The position numbers were made by a program, and so were the translations under genes. From NCBI GenBank assembly GCA_963575745.1, contig CAUYUJ010000319.1, positions 1 through 64,000 of the forward strand: DNA of 64,000 nucleotides. Direction: 5' to 3'. Under the pieces are notes generated by a model that ran no database searches, had not been told where the DNA came from, and worked only from the letters and a program-made list of their open reading frames with translations. Positions 28,518-41,041 of the stretch are shown in pieces. Each line of letters starts with the position of its first letter. Positions within the stretch are counted from its first letter, which is position 1. Origin of the DNA: Prorocentrum cordatum. Lineage: Eukaryota.

Positions 28518-29632
28518 GGAAGACCCATTTGCATATTTTAGAATCGATTTGCGGTTCTTGCTCATCTTAACGTAGTGCTCGTGCGCAGACCAAAACTGAG
28601 ACCAATTCCAACTCGAGCACGCGTGTTGGCTTTCAGATCCTTTGCGTTGACATAAGGAGTGTCACTTGGTTTTCGCACTCGTCTTGGGCTCCTCTACAAT
28701 TAAAATCATATTGTGGGGCTATCCCAAGATGGTTGGGATTGGGCCCAGTTTGCTTTTCGCACTGGTTGGGATTGGTCCCAGTTGGTTGGGATTGGGCCCA
28801 GTGGGTTGGGATTGGGCCCACATGCGGCAGAGGGCCCCCCCCCGAGCTGGGGGCAGGGCAGGGGTTCTGCGCCCCCCTCGAGCTGGGGCCGGGGCAGGGC
28901 AGGGGCAGGGTTGGGGCCGTGCGCCCCCCCGAGCTGGGGCAGGGGCAGGGCGGGGGCAGGGGCAGGGGCAGGGCAGGGGCCGTGCGCCCCCCCACCAGCT
29001 GGGGCGGGGCAGGGCCGCGCCGCGGGCGCCGTGGGGCCTGCGCGGGCGCCTCGCGCTGCTGGCGGCCGCGGCGGCCGCGGGCGGCGCGGCGGCGGCGCAG
29101 CCCGCGGGCGAGGCCGTCGGCCGAGGCGGGTGCTCTTCTGTCCTCGTCTCTCCTCCTCGTCCTTTCCTTCCTCCTCCTCCTCCTCTCCTCTCCTCCTCTC
29201 TCCTCCCCTCCTCCTCCTCCATTCTCCTCCTTTCATCCTCCTTCCTCCTCCTCCTCCTCGTTCTCCTCACCAGTCCTCCATCCTTCCCATCCCTCCTCCT
29301 CCCCTCCTCCTCCTCCTCTCCTTCCCTCTCCTCCTCCTCCTCCTCCTCCTCCTCCTCCTCTCCTCCTCCCTCCTCCTCCTCCTCCTCCTCCTCCTCCTCC
29401 TCTCCTCCTCCTCCTCTCCTCCTCCTCCTCCTCCTCCTCCTCCTCCTCCTCCTCCTCCTCCTCCTCCTCCTCCTCCTCCCTCCTCCTCCTCCCCCTCACG
29501 CTTGGGAGGGGCGCCCCGGCCGTCGGCCGACTTCCCCGAGTTCCCGGCGCTCTTTTTTTTTGCACAGCGGGCGTTGGCACCCCATGTCGGGCCCCGGGAC
29601 CATCCTATAGAGCGATCGTGCCGCAGAGAGAA

Positions 29633-29725
29633 TCGGGGAACGAGCAACGACACAGACATCACAACTCGGAGCTTCGCGCGGACCTCCGAGTTTTTTACAT
29701 GCAGATGCCATTCTTCGTTCCCCCA
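29633..29725. mobile_element. 93-bp TIR-only (hairpin) derivative of the 12257 family, TSD GAGAA/GAGAT
   Basis: tcggggaacgag...cttcgttccccca with the core deleted. Confidence 0.75.
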
Positions 29726-30738
29726 GAGATGGGGTCAGGGGCTCTGGTGGTGTTTTTTTTGCGATCGTGCAGCTTTTGCTGCAGCGCTGGATCTCAAGGC
29801 TCCCTCCCTCCCTCGAAGAAGAAGAAGAAGCTTGATGCCGGCGGAACGCCGTCAACCTGGCTACGGCCGGGGACCTCGAAGAGCTTCGAGCCCCTTCCCG
29901 CTTCTCGCGTTTGCCCTGAAGCTCACCAGAGAAGCATACAGGTGTGATCCGAAGCATGTTTTTTGTTGTGTATTGTTTTCGGTGTCGACGCGACGTCGAT
30001 TGGCCCAAGTGTTCTGATAGCAATGCTTGTGCTGCGGTTACAGACCTGAACCTAAGACAGAAAAAACGCCTCTTCATTCCCTCCCTCCCTCGAAGAAGAA
30101 GAAGAAGAAGAAAAAGCCGCAGGGCTGGAGCTAAACGGTGTTATTGGCGATGTCGTGGGCCATTTTCGTTTTGATTTCGTTTCGCAGCAAAGGCACAACG
30201 AAGACAGAACGAAGGAGCACGAAAACAAAACGAGAACGAACAAAGCTGATTACCTGGCATGGCATGAAAGTCGGAGGAGGAAAGGAACCTATACCGCTAC
30301 CCTTTGGCCGTTTCCCTTTTTTTGGGCCTCCTGGGAGGCTCCCTTCGGCACCGCCGGATTCGCCTCGAGATTCTGGTCAGAACGCATCCCAGGAGAGGTC
30401 CAAGGGGTACGGTATCGGTACTTGGTGGTTTCCCCAGAGCGCGCTCCGCGATGATTTCTTGGAATTGCGCTGGAGCCCCCAGGGCGGCGCCTCTGGCGCC
30501 GCCCTGGCGCGCTCGCGCCAAGGAGGGGGTACCACCGCAGATCCAAGAAATCCGCGCGGGTCTCCAAGAGCTTATGCTTATGCGGTTTGTGCTTCATCTG
30601 CTCCCTCCCTCTCCCCACTTGGCAGCGGCCCGGGCCGGCGCCCCAGGGTCTCAGAGGAGGGCGGGTCGAGACACCGGCAGTTGGCCTTCGACGAGGCCCC
30701 TCGTCGCCGCGGCTGGACGCGGCTCTGAAAATCAGTGC

Positions 30739-30897
30739 TCAGGAGGTAAAAAACACAGACACAAGTAATCGTCCATTCCCCAGAAAATATGGGAAACTAT
30801 GGGAAGTGGGGGGAAGACGAAAACCTAGAAAATGTAGGAAACTATGGGGAATCATGCTATTTGTGTGTATTTATTTGTGCGTCCCAGGGCCCCTTCA
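30739..30897. mobile_element. MITE-like element with perfect TSD AGTGC
   Basis: AGTGC at 30734-30738 and 30898-30902. Confidence 0.8.
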
Positions 30898-31047
30898 AGT
30901 GCGTCCGGACCCTGGGAAGGGGTCCAGTCAGAAGCGTGCTGGGACGGCGCATCGGTTGCGGTGCGCGGCTGCTGCAGGCACTGCCGCTGGGGCTCGGGGT
31001 TCACCCAGCTCGCAGTGGCGTGTCCTTCAGCAGCCTGGGAAGCATGA

Positions 31048-31083
31048 TCCGTAGCCATTTTGGCTCAAGCAAATTTGGCTCAG
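31048..31083 (+). other. Full 22-nt spliced leader followed by a decayed, truncated second SL relic
   Basis: TCCGTAGCCATTTTGGCTCAAG (31048-31069) then CAAATTTGGCTCAG (31070-31083). Confidence 0.92.
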
Positions 31084-31147
31084 TCGAAAAAGTTGCGACG
31101 CTGTCCTCGCGATCCAATTTGCCATCCCCATAGGCGCGCGGGTACCG

Positions 31148-34100
31148 ATGGCCAAACCAATCGTCATGGAGTTGGCAGCCGTCCTTTGCGCGGCCTTGGT
31201 CAGTTGCGTGATAGGCGGAAACGGCGACTGCGACTGCATGACGGAGTGGAACTACGATGGCGATGCCGACGGGGTTATGGAGTTGTACGAGGGCTGCAGC
31301 GCCACGGCCGACTGGAACCAGAGCTGGTGCTACGTGCAGGGCGGTTCCGAGTGCAACCAGGCCCTGAACTCCACCGTGGCCGGCGAGACGCGGAAGTGGC
31401 GCGAGTGCGGGTCCTGCAACTGCATGGCGGAGTGGAACTACGATGGCGATGCCGACGGGGTTGTGGAGTCGTACGAGGGCTGCAGCGCCACGGCGGACTG
31501 GGACCAGAGATGGTGCTACGTGCAGGGCGGTTCCAACTGCAACCAGGCCCTGAACTCCACCGTGGTCGGCGAGACGCGGAAGTGGCGCGAGTGCGGCTCC
31601 TGCAACTGCATGACGGAGTGGAACTACGATGGCGATGCCGACGGGGTTATGGAGTCGTACGAGGGCTGCAGCGCCACGGCGGACTGGGACCAGAGCTGGT
31701 GCTACGTGCAGGGCGGTTCCAATGCAACCAGGCCCTGGACTCCACCGTGGCTGGCGAGACGCGCAAGTGGCGCGAGTGCGGCTCCTGCAACTGCATGACG
31801 GAGTGGAACTACGATGGCGATGCCGACGGGGTTATGGAGTCGTACGAGGGCTGCAGCGCCACGGCCGACTGGGACCAGAGTTGGTGCTACGTGCAGGGCG
31901 GCTCCAACTGCAACCAGGCCCTGAACTCCACCGTGGCCGGCGAGACGCGGAAGTGGCGCGAGTGCGGCTCCTGCAACTGCATGACGGAGTGGAACTACGA
32001 TGGCGATGCCGACGGGGTTATGGAGTCGTACGAGGGCTGCAGCGCCACGGCGGACTGGGACCAGAGCTGGTGCTACGTGCAGGGCGGTCCAACTGCAACC
32101 AGGCCCTGAACTCCACCGTGGCCGGCGAGACGCGCAAGTGGCGCGAGTGCGGCTCCTGCAACTGCATGACGGAGTGGAATTACGATGGCGATGCCGACGG
32201 GGTTATGGAGTCGTACGAGGGCTGCAGCGCCACGGCGGACTGGGACCAGAGTTGGTGCTACGTGCAGGGCGGCTCCAACTGCAACCAGGCCCTGAACTCC
32301 ACCGTGGCCGGCGAGACGCGGAAGTTGAAGCACCATGACGCGCGGCGGAGACTCGAGAAGTGTGCGAGTGCGGCCTGCAATTGCATGACGGAGTGGAACT
32401 ACGATGGCGATGCCGACGGGGTTATGGAGTCGTACGAGGGCTGCAGCGCCGGCGGACTGGGACCAGAGCTGGTGCTACGTGCAGGGCGGTTCCAACTGCA
32501 ACCAGGCCCTGAACTCCACCGTGGCCGGCGAGACGCGCAAGTGGCGCGAGTGCGGCTCCTGCAACTGCATGACGGAGTGGAACTACGATGGCGACGCCGA
32601 CGGGGTTATGGAGTCGTACGAGGGCTGCAGCGCCACGGCGGACTGGGACCAGAGCTGGTGCTACGTGCAGGGCGGTTCCACTGCAACCAGGCCCTGCCAC
32701 CGTGGCCGGCGAGACGCGTAAGTGGCGCGAGTGCGGCTCCTGCAACTGCATGACGGAGTGGAACTACGATGGCGATGCCGACGGGGTTATGGAGTCCTAC
32801 GAGGGCTGCAGCGCCACGGCGGACTGGGACCAGAGCTGGTGCTACGTGCAGGCGGTTCCAACTGCAACCAGGCCCTGGACTCCACCGTGGCTGGCGAGAC
32901 GCGAAAGTGGCGCGAGTGCGGCTCCTGCAACTGCATGACGGAGTGGAACTACGATGGCGATGCCGACGGGGTTATGGAGTCGTACGAGGGCTGCAGCGCC
33001 ACGGCCGACTGGGACCAGAGCTGGTGCTACGTGCAGGGCGGTTCCAATTGCAACCAGGCCTGGACTCCACCGTGGCCGGCGAGACGCGCAAGTGGCGCGA
33101 GTGCGGCTCCTGCAACTGCATGACGGAGTGGAACTACGATGGCGATGCCGACGGGGTTATGGAGTCGTACGAGGGCTGCAGCGCCACGGCCGACTGGGAC
33201 CAGAGCTGGTGCTACGTGCAGGGCGGCTCCAATTGCAACCAGGCCCTGAACTCCACCGTGGCCGGCGAGACGCGGAAGTGGCGCGAGTGCGGCTCCTGCA
33301 ATTGCATGACGGAGTGGAACTACGATGGCGATGCCGACGGGGTTATGGAGTCGTACGAGGGCTGCAGCGCCACGGCCGACTGGGACCAGAGCTGGTGCTA
33401 CGTGCAGGGCGGCTCCAACTGCAACCAGGCAGTGGACTCCACCGTGGCCGGCGAGACGCGCAAGTGGCGCGAGTGCGGGTCCTGCAACTGCATGACGGAG
33501 TGGAACTACGATGGCGACGCCGACGGGGTTATGGAGTCGTACGAGGGCTGCAGCGCCACGGCCGACTGGGACCAGAGCTGGTGCTACGTGCAGGGCGGTT
33601 CCAACTGCAACCAGGCCCTGAACTCCACCGTGGCCGGCGAGACGCGCAAGTGGCGCGAGTGCGGCTCCTGCAACTGCATGACGGAGTGGAACTACGATGG
33701 CGATGCCGACGGGGTTATGGAGTCGTACGAGGGCTGCAGCGCCACGGCGGATTGGGACCAGAGCTGGTGCTACGTGCAGGGCGGCTCCAACTGCAACCAG
33801 GCCCTGAACTCCACCGTGGCCGGCGAGACGCGCAAGTGGCGCGAGTGCGGCTCCTGCAATTGCATGACGGAGTGGAACTACGATGGTGATGCCGACGGGG
33901 TTATGGAGTCGTACGAGGGCTGCAGCGCCACGGCGGACTGGAATCAGAGTTGGTGCTACGTACAGGGCGGTTCCAATTGCAACCAGGCCCTGGACTCCAC
34001 CGTTTCCGGCGAGACGCGCAAGTGGCTTGAGTGCACCCCGTCGACCCCCTCACCGACGCCGGCACCAGACATCGAGAGTGCCTCAGGCGTCGGAGAGCCG

Positions 34101-34151
34101 ACCATGACCGCAGCCATCATCGCGGTTATTCTTTCGACCGCCTGTGCGTGA
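31148..34151 (+). CDS. Intronless retrogene: signal peptide, 15 tandem 62-aa six-Cys repeats (FN2/kringle-like), Pro/Thr linker and GPI-like hydrophobic tail; frameshifted in the central repeats
   Basis: N-terminus MAKPIVMELAAVLCAALVSCVIG. The 186-bp unit CNCMTEWNYDGDADGVMESYEGCSATADWDQSWCYVQGGSNCNQALNSTVAGETRKWRECGS starts at 31229, 31415, 31601, 31786, 31972, 32157, 32376, 32560, 32741, 32926, 33111, 33297, 33483, 33669 and 33855. C-terminus TPSTPSPTPAPDIESASGVGEPTMTAAIIAVILSTACA*. Unit differences are mostly synonymous. Confidence 0.88.
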
Positions 34152-37100
34152 GGCTGGGGCGCAGAGATACTTCAATTCTGGGGCAGAGATTCGGAAGGGT
34201 CATGAACCCTGCGTACGGGGCGGCCATCTAGTACTTGACCATGGGATTACAGTTTGAGCTGGACAGAGTTCTGTTCTGACTGGAGAGTCCGCTCCTGCTG
34301 CCCAGTGTCTTCTGCGTTCCAACGGCCGCTTCCCATGTTGCCTCCCAATTTTGCTTGAGATCTTTGGGGAGGGTGACGGGGAGGGAGGAGGATCCTGGGA
34401 GTCTTTTTCGAGGCTCGAAGCTTCGAACCAGTTCTGGGTTTTAATTTTGACTTTGAAAGCGCCGCGAGCCGCGAACTTGCTGTGGCGCAGCTGCGCTGTT
34501 GCAGCCCGCGTGAGGCCCACGTGAGGACTTTTTGTCTGGACTGGCTGGTTCATTTTTTTACTCATTGCCTGCTGCTCCTCATCCTTTGCCCCTCGTTATT
34601 GTCCTTACCCCGTTTCCTCTTTGCTCTCTCCTCATCCTCTCCATCTTCTTCATGCTACCAATGCCACGCCCGCCAGCATGCAACGCGCATTTTTAAGGTG
34701 CTCAGAGGGTCAGAATGTCGGGGCCAAAGTGTGAGCAGTTATCTCTGGAGTTGCTACAAAGCCCGACGACGCAACGGCCCTCGAGCCAGCGCAGTACTCT
34801 GCGCAGCGGCGCTTCACACACATTTCGCAAGCGCAAGCGTGCGAAATGTGATGATTCTGCATCTGATGCTGAATCTGATGCTGATTGTGAATGTGGCGGC
34901 CGTGAAAAAATCAGCAGCCTGGGAAGTATGACGATGAGCAGACGCATTCGAGCGAGCTGCCAGTGCGAACTAGCCAACGACAGCGACAACAGCGAACGAC
35001 AAGTGCGCGTAGCACCCGGGCGGGAGTTCAGTTCTGAGGACAATGAGCGCGGCGCCGAATCGTGAGCAACATTTTTCCATCTCGCGCAGGATGAGCGCCG
35101 CGTCCCCTTCTTGCTACACATGTTGCGCTACGATAGCACGTCAATTATGATTGAGCGCAAATTGGCGTTGTTTGTTTCCGCATGTGTGATGGGAGGGCCT
35201 TGACGGGGGCGCTATCGGTCGGCTAGGTGGTACAGCAGGATTATGCTTCAATAAGGGAGAAGGGGTGGGGGATTCGCTTGGAACATGTCGTGGGGTCCAC
35301 ATGTGGTGGCGGATGAGGAGAGGGCCACCGAGGGCCAGGATGCTACGCATGATGAAGATGAGGGTACTTCTGGGGGAGACGACTATAGTGATCATGGTGG
35401 GTTGATGTGGTTGTTGACGATGATTATATGGCTTATGGTGGTGATGCTGCTGATGCGAGTGATGACGACGATCATGATTTTGATGATGGTAGCGGTGATG
35501 ACGCTAATGGCGATGACGCTGATGATGACGAAATTGAGGATTTTGAAGACGATGCCTATGATCACCGTGCTGAGGTTAAGAGGATACGTATGAGGAGGGT
35601 GAGGATTATTGTGAGGAGGAGGGGGGTCAGGACGATGGGTATGCGGAAAGTGAGGGTGAGGAGGTTGGAGGTGTAAAATGGTGAAGGTGAGGAGGATATC
35701 GACGAAGAGCAGGATGAGGTGGATGACTCCGCTGTGACCTGTGATGCGAATGATGACGTACAGAAGGCAGAGGGAGAGGAGGAGAAGGAGGTGCATGAAG
35801 ATGAGAAACAAGAGAGGAACGGGAGAGGATGAGGCGGACGAGTGGAGGAGGAGGGGAGGCGAACAACGGATCACAGGGACCACTATTTGGTTCCAACAAA
35901 AGTTTTCCTTGGAAACTCGCAACAAGAAGTATCTGTGTGTACGCCCATCTGCGAGATGAGTTGTCGCTCGCGCGTGCTCAGCGCTCGCACGCGCGAGATC
36001 CCAAGACGTCCCCATGGTCACAAAATGGTTCCAGAAGGGCCTGAGGCCACAGACGATAACGTCCAGACGACCCTGGGATGACGCCACCCCAACACGATCC
36101 CGCCATTGATTCTGGCCCGTCTCAGGCCGAACTGAAAAGGACCAATTACATGAGCCACGAGTAAAGCCGAGATGGCCCGATGGCAACAAGATGGATCCAC
36201 GCGCGCCCAGGGTGGCCCCATAATGAACACGCGACGGCTGCGCAATCCAAGCATGACCGAGATACGATCTCAAGATGACCTCAAGACGACCCTGACATGC
36301 CAGGAATGCTGCAACTTCGGAGCCCCATCTTACTCCGAGCCGATCCCAGCATGGCGGGATCCGTGAACGGCCCGGGATGTTTGTTTTCCACATCCCCAAT
36401 GGGTGGAGTTTCAGTCGAATTAAAATTATTACATTCGAGGGGAGTAAGTTGGGCGGGATCCCGCCCGGCCCACGGCAGAATATTACATTGTTAGGCTTCT
36501 ACGGGGGGGCAGGGGGTCCGGACGGGGCGCCATTCGCTCCCGCTGTCTTCCGCAAGCCGTCCGACGGACTTCCGCCGTCTTCCGCCGCGTTTTACTGCCG
36601 TCGGCTTCCGCGAGCGAGCGTCGTGACGAAAACCCGCGGATTTTTCGTTGGGCCAATGTAGCAGGAGGAATGGGTGATGTAATATTACGACTATGCGGAT
36701 GGTAAGCACGATGATGAGGATGAGTGCGAGGATGATGGTGATCAGGAGAAGCGGATCAGCAGGTTGACGATCAGGTGGGCAACGGAGGACGGAAGTGTTT
36801 GGAAGTAACGGGCGGGGATATGATGCCGACGATGCGGCCAGATGGTGGTGGTGATGGCATTGATGGTGGTTGTTGTGGTGATGGCGCTGAACATAAACAT
36901 ACGTTGCCGCTGCTGATTCTGAAGCTGATGCTGCTGCTACTGATGATGGCAGAGGGGAGCATCGTGGGCAGGGGAGGGTTTTTAGAGAAGGACACCTGAG
37001 GCGAGATGAGATGATGACGATTACGATGACAATGCTGATGCGGCTGGTAGTGGCTACGATGTCGTTGTTGTTGTGATGGTGGTGGTGGTGCTGCTGCTGA

Positions 37101-37984
37101 CGATGATGCTGATTCTGCTGATGATGATGATGATGATGATGATGATTGTGGTGATGGTGATGATGAGGATGCTGATGATGATGATTATGATGATGCTGCT
37201 GCTGCGGCTGATGAATATCATGATCAGGAGGAGTTGGAGACGACGTTGGTGCCAGATGCCACATCGTAGCCGCCACCAGCGTCAGCGTCAGGTGGAGAAG
37301 TCAGAGGAATCGGAGGGAGGAGGGGGCTGGAGGAGAAGGAGGGATGATGGCCCGGGAGAGAGGGAGGCGAAGCAAGTATAATGAGAAGGCGGACCGAGGA
37401 GAAGAAACATGAGTAGGGGTGTTGATGATGGTGAGGAGTCATGACCAGGAGCATAACGCTGGGGTTGCTGGATGAGGGTGGATGATGAAGAGCATGAGGG
37501 AGGCAGGGAGGGAGGCAAATGGGGGATGGAGGAGGTAGAGGATGAGGATGAGGCAGACAGACAGGTCAGCCGAGTGTCTTGGTGGTCGACTGGAGGCGGT
37601 CGTTCATCTCAGGAGGTATTCGACGCGAACTCTGTCGTGAGTGGACTCGCTCTTCCCGCGGCTTGGCACCTGTGGGCCCTCCCTTCGCACCGGCGGAAGA
37701 GAACTTCGGACGTGGGCGGGCGGGCGGCTGCTGCTCCGGCCGGCGCGGAGAGAGGCCGCCCCCGACCGTGCGGCAGAGAGCGAACTGGGCACTGCGAGGG
37801 CCCCTCCGGCGCTCGGCCTCTGCGCGCGTGTGCTCCTGGCGTCCCCTTATAGCGCGCCCGCCGCGAGCAGGGGCCGACGAGCTGGGGAGCTCCGCGGGCG
37901 CTCCGCCGCGCGGCCGCGGGCAGAAGCCCTGCTCTCCCGGCTCCTGCCCTTCGATGGTGGCCCCTCCGCGCCTCGTCCTCTTCT

Positions 37985-38147
37985 TCAGGAGGGGCAAAAG
38001 CACACAGACACAATGAATCGTCGATTCCCCAGAAAATATGGGAAACTATGGGCATTGGGGGGGACGACAGAAACCCAGAAAATATGGGAAAACATGGGGG
38101 ATATTCTTATTTGTGTGTATTTATTTGTGTGTTCTGGGGCCCCTTCA
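37985..38147. mobile_element. MITE-like element with perfect TSD CTTCT
   Basis: CTTCT at 37980-37984 and 38148-38152. Confidence 0.8.
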
Positions 38148-38263
38148 CTTCTTGCCGCAGGCCGCGCCGGATGCCGCCGGTGCGGACGCAGCGGGCCGCC
38201 GCCAGGCATCAGCGGCGGCCCCCGTGCGCGCGCGCGCGTGCCCGCGAGGCGCGGGGGCAGGCA

Positions 38264-38597
38264 TCGGACGGGGCGCGGAGGAGGACAGATCCGTGCCAGA
38301 GCGCTCCGGAGCGCTCAGAGAAAGGGGCGCGGCGCGGCGCCCGAGGCATCCTCCAGAGCCGCCGGATCGCAGAGGTGCTCGGTGCATCCTCTCCCGAGGT
38401 TGTCCTCGTCCTGGCTTCGTCTTCCTGGGCTTGGGCACCGCTCTCCTCCACCCTCCCTCCTCCCTCCTTCCTCCTCCTCCCTCCTTCCTCCTCCTCCCTC
38501 TTCTCCTCCTCCCTCCTCCTCCTCCTCTTCCTCCTCCTCCTCCTCCTCCTCCTCCTCTATCCTCACCCGACGTTGTCCTCGCCCTGGCTGCGTCTCA
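38264..38597. mobile_element. TIR element carrying an internal (CCT)n tract, TSD AGGCA/GGGCA
   Basis: tcggacggggcgcggaggaggaca...tgtcctcgccctggctgcgtctca; homologous starts at about 54099 and 57947. Confidence 0.65.
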
Positions 38598-39834
38598 GGG
38601 CAGTGCTGCTGCGGCTCGGGCGGGGGGGGGGTTTGCCTGTCGTCCGCCCGCCGGCCTGGAGATGTCCTCTTGGGCCGCCGAGGGCTCCCTCGTCGCCTCC
38701 CCGGGGCCCGACGTGCTCGGAGCGCCGGCGCTCGGCTGCTCCGCCGCGGTGAGGGGGCTCGAAGGCCGACTCGGAACGGACCTTGGCCTCACGTGGGGTA
38801 GAGCGGGAAGGAGGAGCGGGAAGGAGGAGGAGGAGCGGGAAGGAGGAGGAGGAGGAGGAGGAGGAGGAGTGCGCGTGTGTGACTGTGTGTTAATGTGTGT
38901 TCGGTGCCCGTGACCGTGAGTGTGTATATGCTTCAATGCGTGCGCGCGCGCGCGTGTGTGTGTGTGTGTGTGTATACGTGTTGCGCCGTAGGGATCAGGC
39001 GGGCAGGATCGGTGCCCGTATGGTAACTCATGGGAATGGTGGGCATACACAAGGCCCGGAAATCAAAACTCAGCCCCCATTTACGCTGCCCACGTTTTCG
39101 CGCTACTCTGAAATTGCTGTTGTGCACCTCGGCACGCGTGTGTGGCGGCATCCGCGCTATGCAGAATGCAAGCAGCACCCGTCGCACGCTTGCCGGTTTG
39201 ATGGTGGTGCCGGGTGCTCGGCGCAATCTCCCCTCCGGATGGCGAGGCGAGGCGAATCCGAGGTCCTTTGGCAACGCCGAGCTGTCGGAGTATCCCGGTG
39301 GGTGAGGCGATGCGCCAGAGTGTGTTGCCTACTTTCTTCGACTGCAGCTGCAGCTCCTGTTGTCAAGGATATGGTTCGCAGGTACGTTGGGTCTTCCATG
39401 AGTCAACGTTCGGTCGTCGCAGACGGAGTCCAGGAGTACCAGCACCAATTACCTTGCCTAATGCGGTCTGACGCGCTTCCTCAAGTACCTGTGCGACAAG
39501 GATTCCGTGGGACACGGGATCAACGCGGAGGCTCATATCCTAGTCGGAGAAGACAGCGGGATCGCCGCATTTGGACGCTGCATCTCATGAAGACGCTGGG
39601 CAGGCACATGAGCGAGGCAGAGAGTAGCCCCCCCCCACCCCGACCCGAACACCCAAACCCGAAACTAGGGTCTTCGGGCTGGGTTGGGGTGGTCTGGTAG
39701 GTCTTCAAGGAGAGTATCTGGCGCGGCTTGACGGCCTTGGCTGAGAGCCAGTGCCGTCCGTCCGCGCCTTCTTCCAAAGGACCTGCGTTGCTGGGCCGCC
39801 CAGGCCGCCTTCACCACCCAGCAGCGGGTGGCGG

Positions 39835-40311
39835 CATGATGGTGGTGATGTTGACGACGATGACGACGATGATGCTGGTGATGACGACGACGGTGATGAT
39901 GATGTTGATGACGCTGCTGCTGATGCTGCTGCTGATGCTGCTGCTGATGATGATGCTGCTGATGCTTCTGATGCTGATAATGATGATGCTGACGCTGCTG
40001 ATGATCATGCTGCCGTTGATGATGATGCTGTAGATGATGATGGTACTGATGATGATGCTGCTGATGCTGATGCTGCTGATCATGGTGATGATAATGCTGA
40101 TGACGATGATGATGCTGCTGAACATACTGCTGACGATGATGATGATGATGCTGATGCTGATGCTGACGTTGATGATTATGATGATGCCGACGACAGTGAT
40201 GGTTAAGATGATGATTATGATGCTGATGCTGCTGCTGCTGATGCTGATGCTTGTGATCATGGTGATGATGATGCTGATGACGATGATGATGCTGCTGAAC
40301 ATACTGCTGAC

Positions 40312-40363
<52 letters not shown>

Positions 40364-40997
40364 CTGATGCTGATGCTGATGCTGACGTTGATGATTATGA
40401 TGATGCTGACGACAGTGATGGTGAAGATGATGATTATGATGCTGATGCTGCTGCTGCTGATGATGGTAAGGATGAGGATGCTGCTACTGATGCTGTTGAT
40501 GATGGTAATGATGATGCTGATGACGATGGTGATGCTGCTGATGATGCTGCTGACGATGATGATGATGATGCTGATGCTGATGCTGATGGTGATGATTAGG
40601 ATGATGCTGACGACAATGATGATGAATCTGATGACGATGATGATGACTATGATGATGCTGGTGATGGTGCTAATTATGATGATGATGATGGTGCTGCTGA
40701 TGATGATGGTGATGATGATGCTGACTGCTGCTGATGTTGATAATACTGCTGCTGCTGATGATGCTGCTGATGGTAATGATGCTGCTGCTGATGATGCTGA
40801 TGCTTAGTTATCATGGTGGTGATGGTGATGATGATGCTGATGCTGATGATGGTGCTGATGAGGCTGCTGCTGTTGTTGATGCCGATGATGCTTTTGATGA
40901 TGGTAATGCTGCTGATTCTGATGCTGATGCTGATGCCGATGCGGACGATGATGATGCGGACGATGATGAGAATGATGATTATGATGATGATGCTGAC

Positions 40998-41041
<44 letters not shown>

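Noticed and set aside
31229..34035. Regular repeats as a CRISPR-like array or satellite
   Set aside because: The units are contiguous 186-bp coding repeats with no unique spacers, and variation is mostly synonymous.
39090..39620. Possible gene or retroelement fragment
   Set aside because: The minus-strand frames I read contain stops, and no motif could be identified on either strand.
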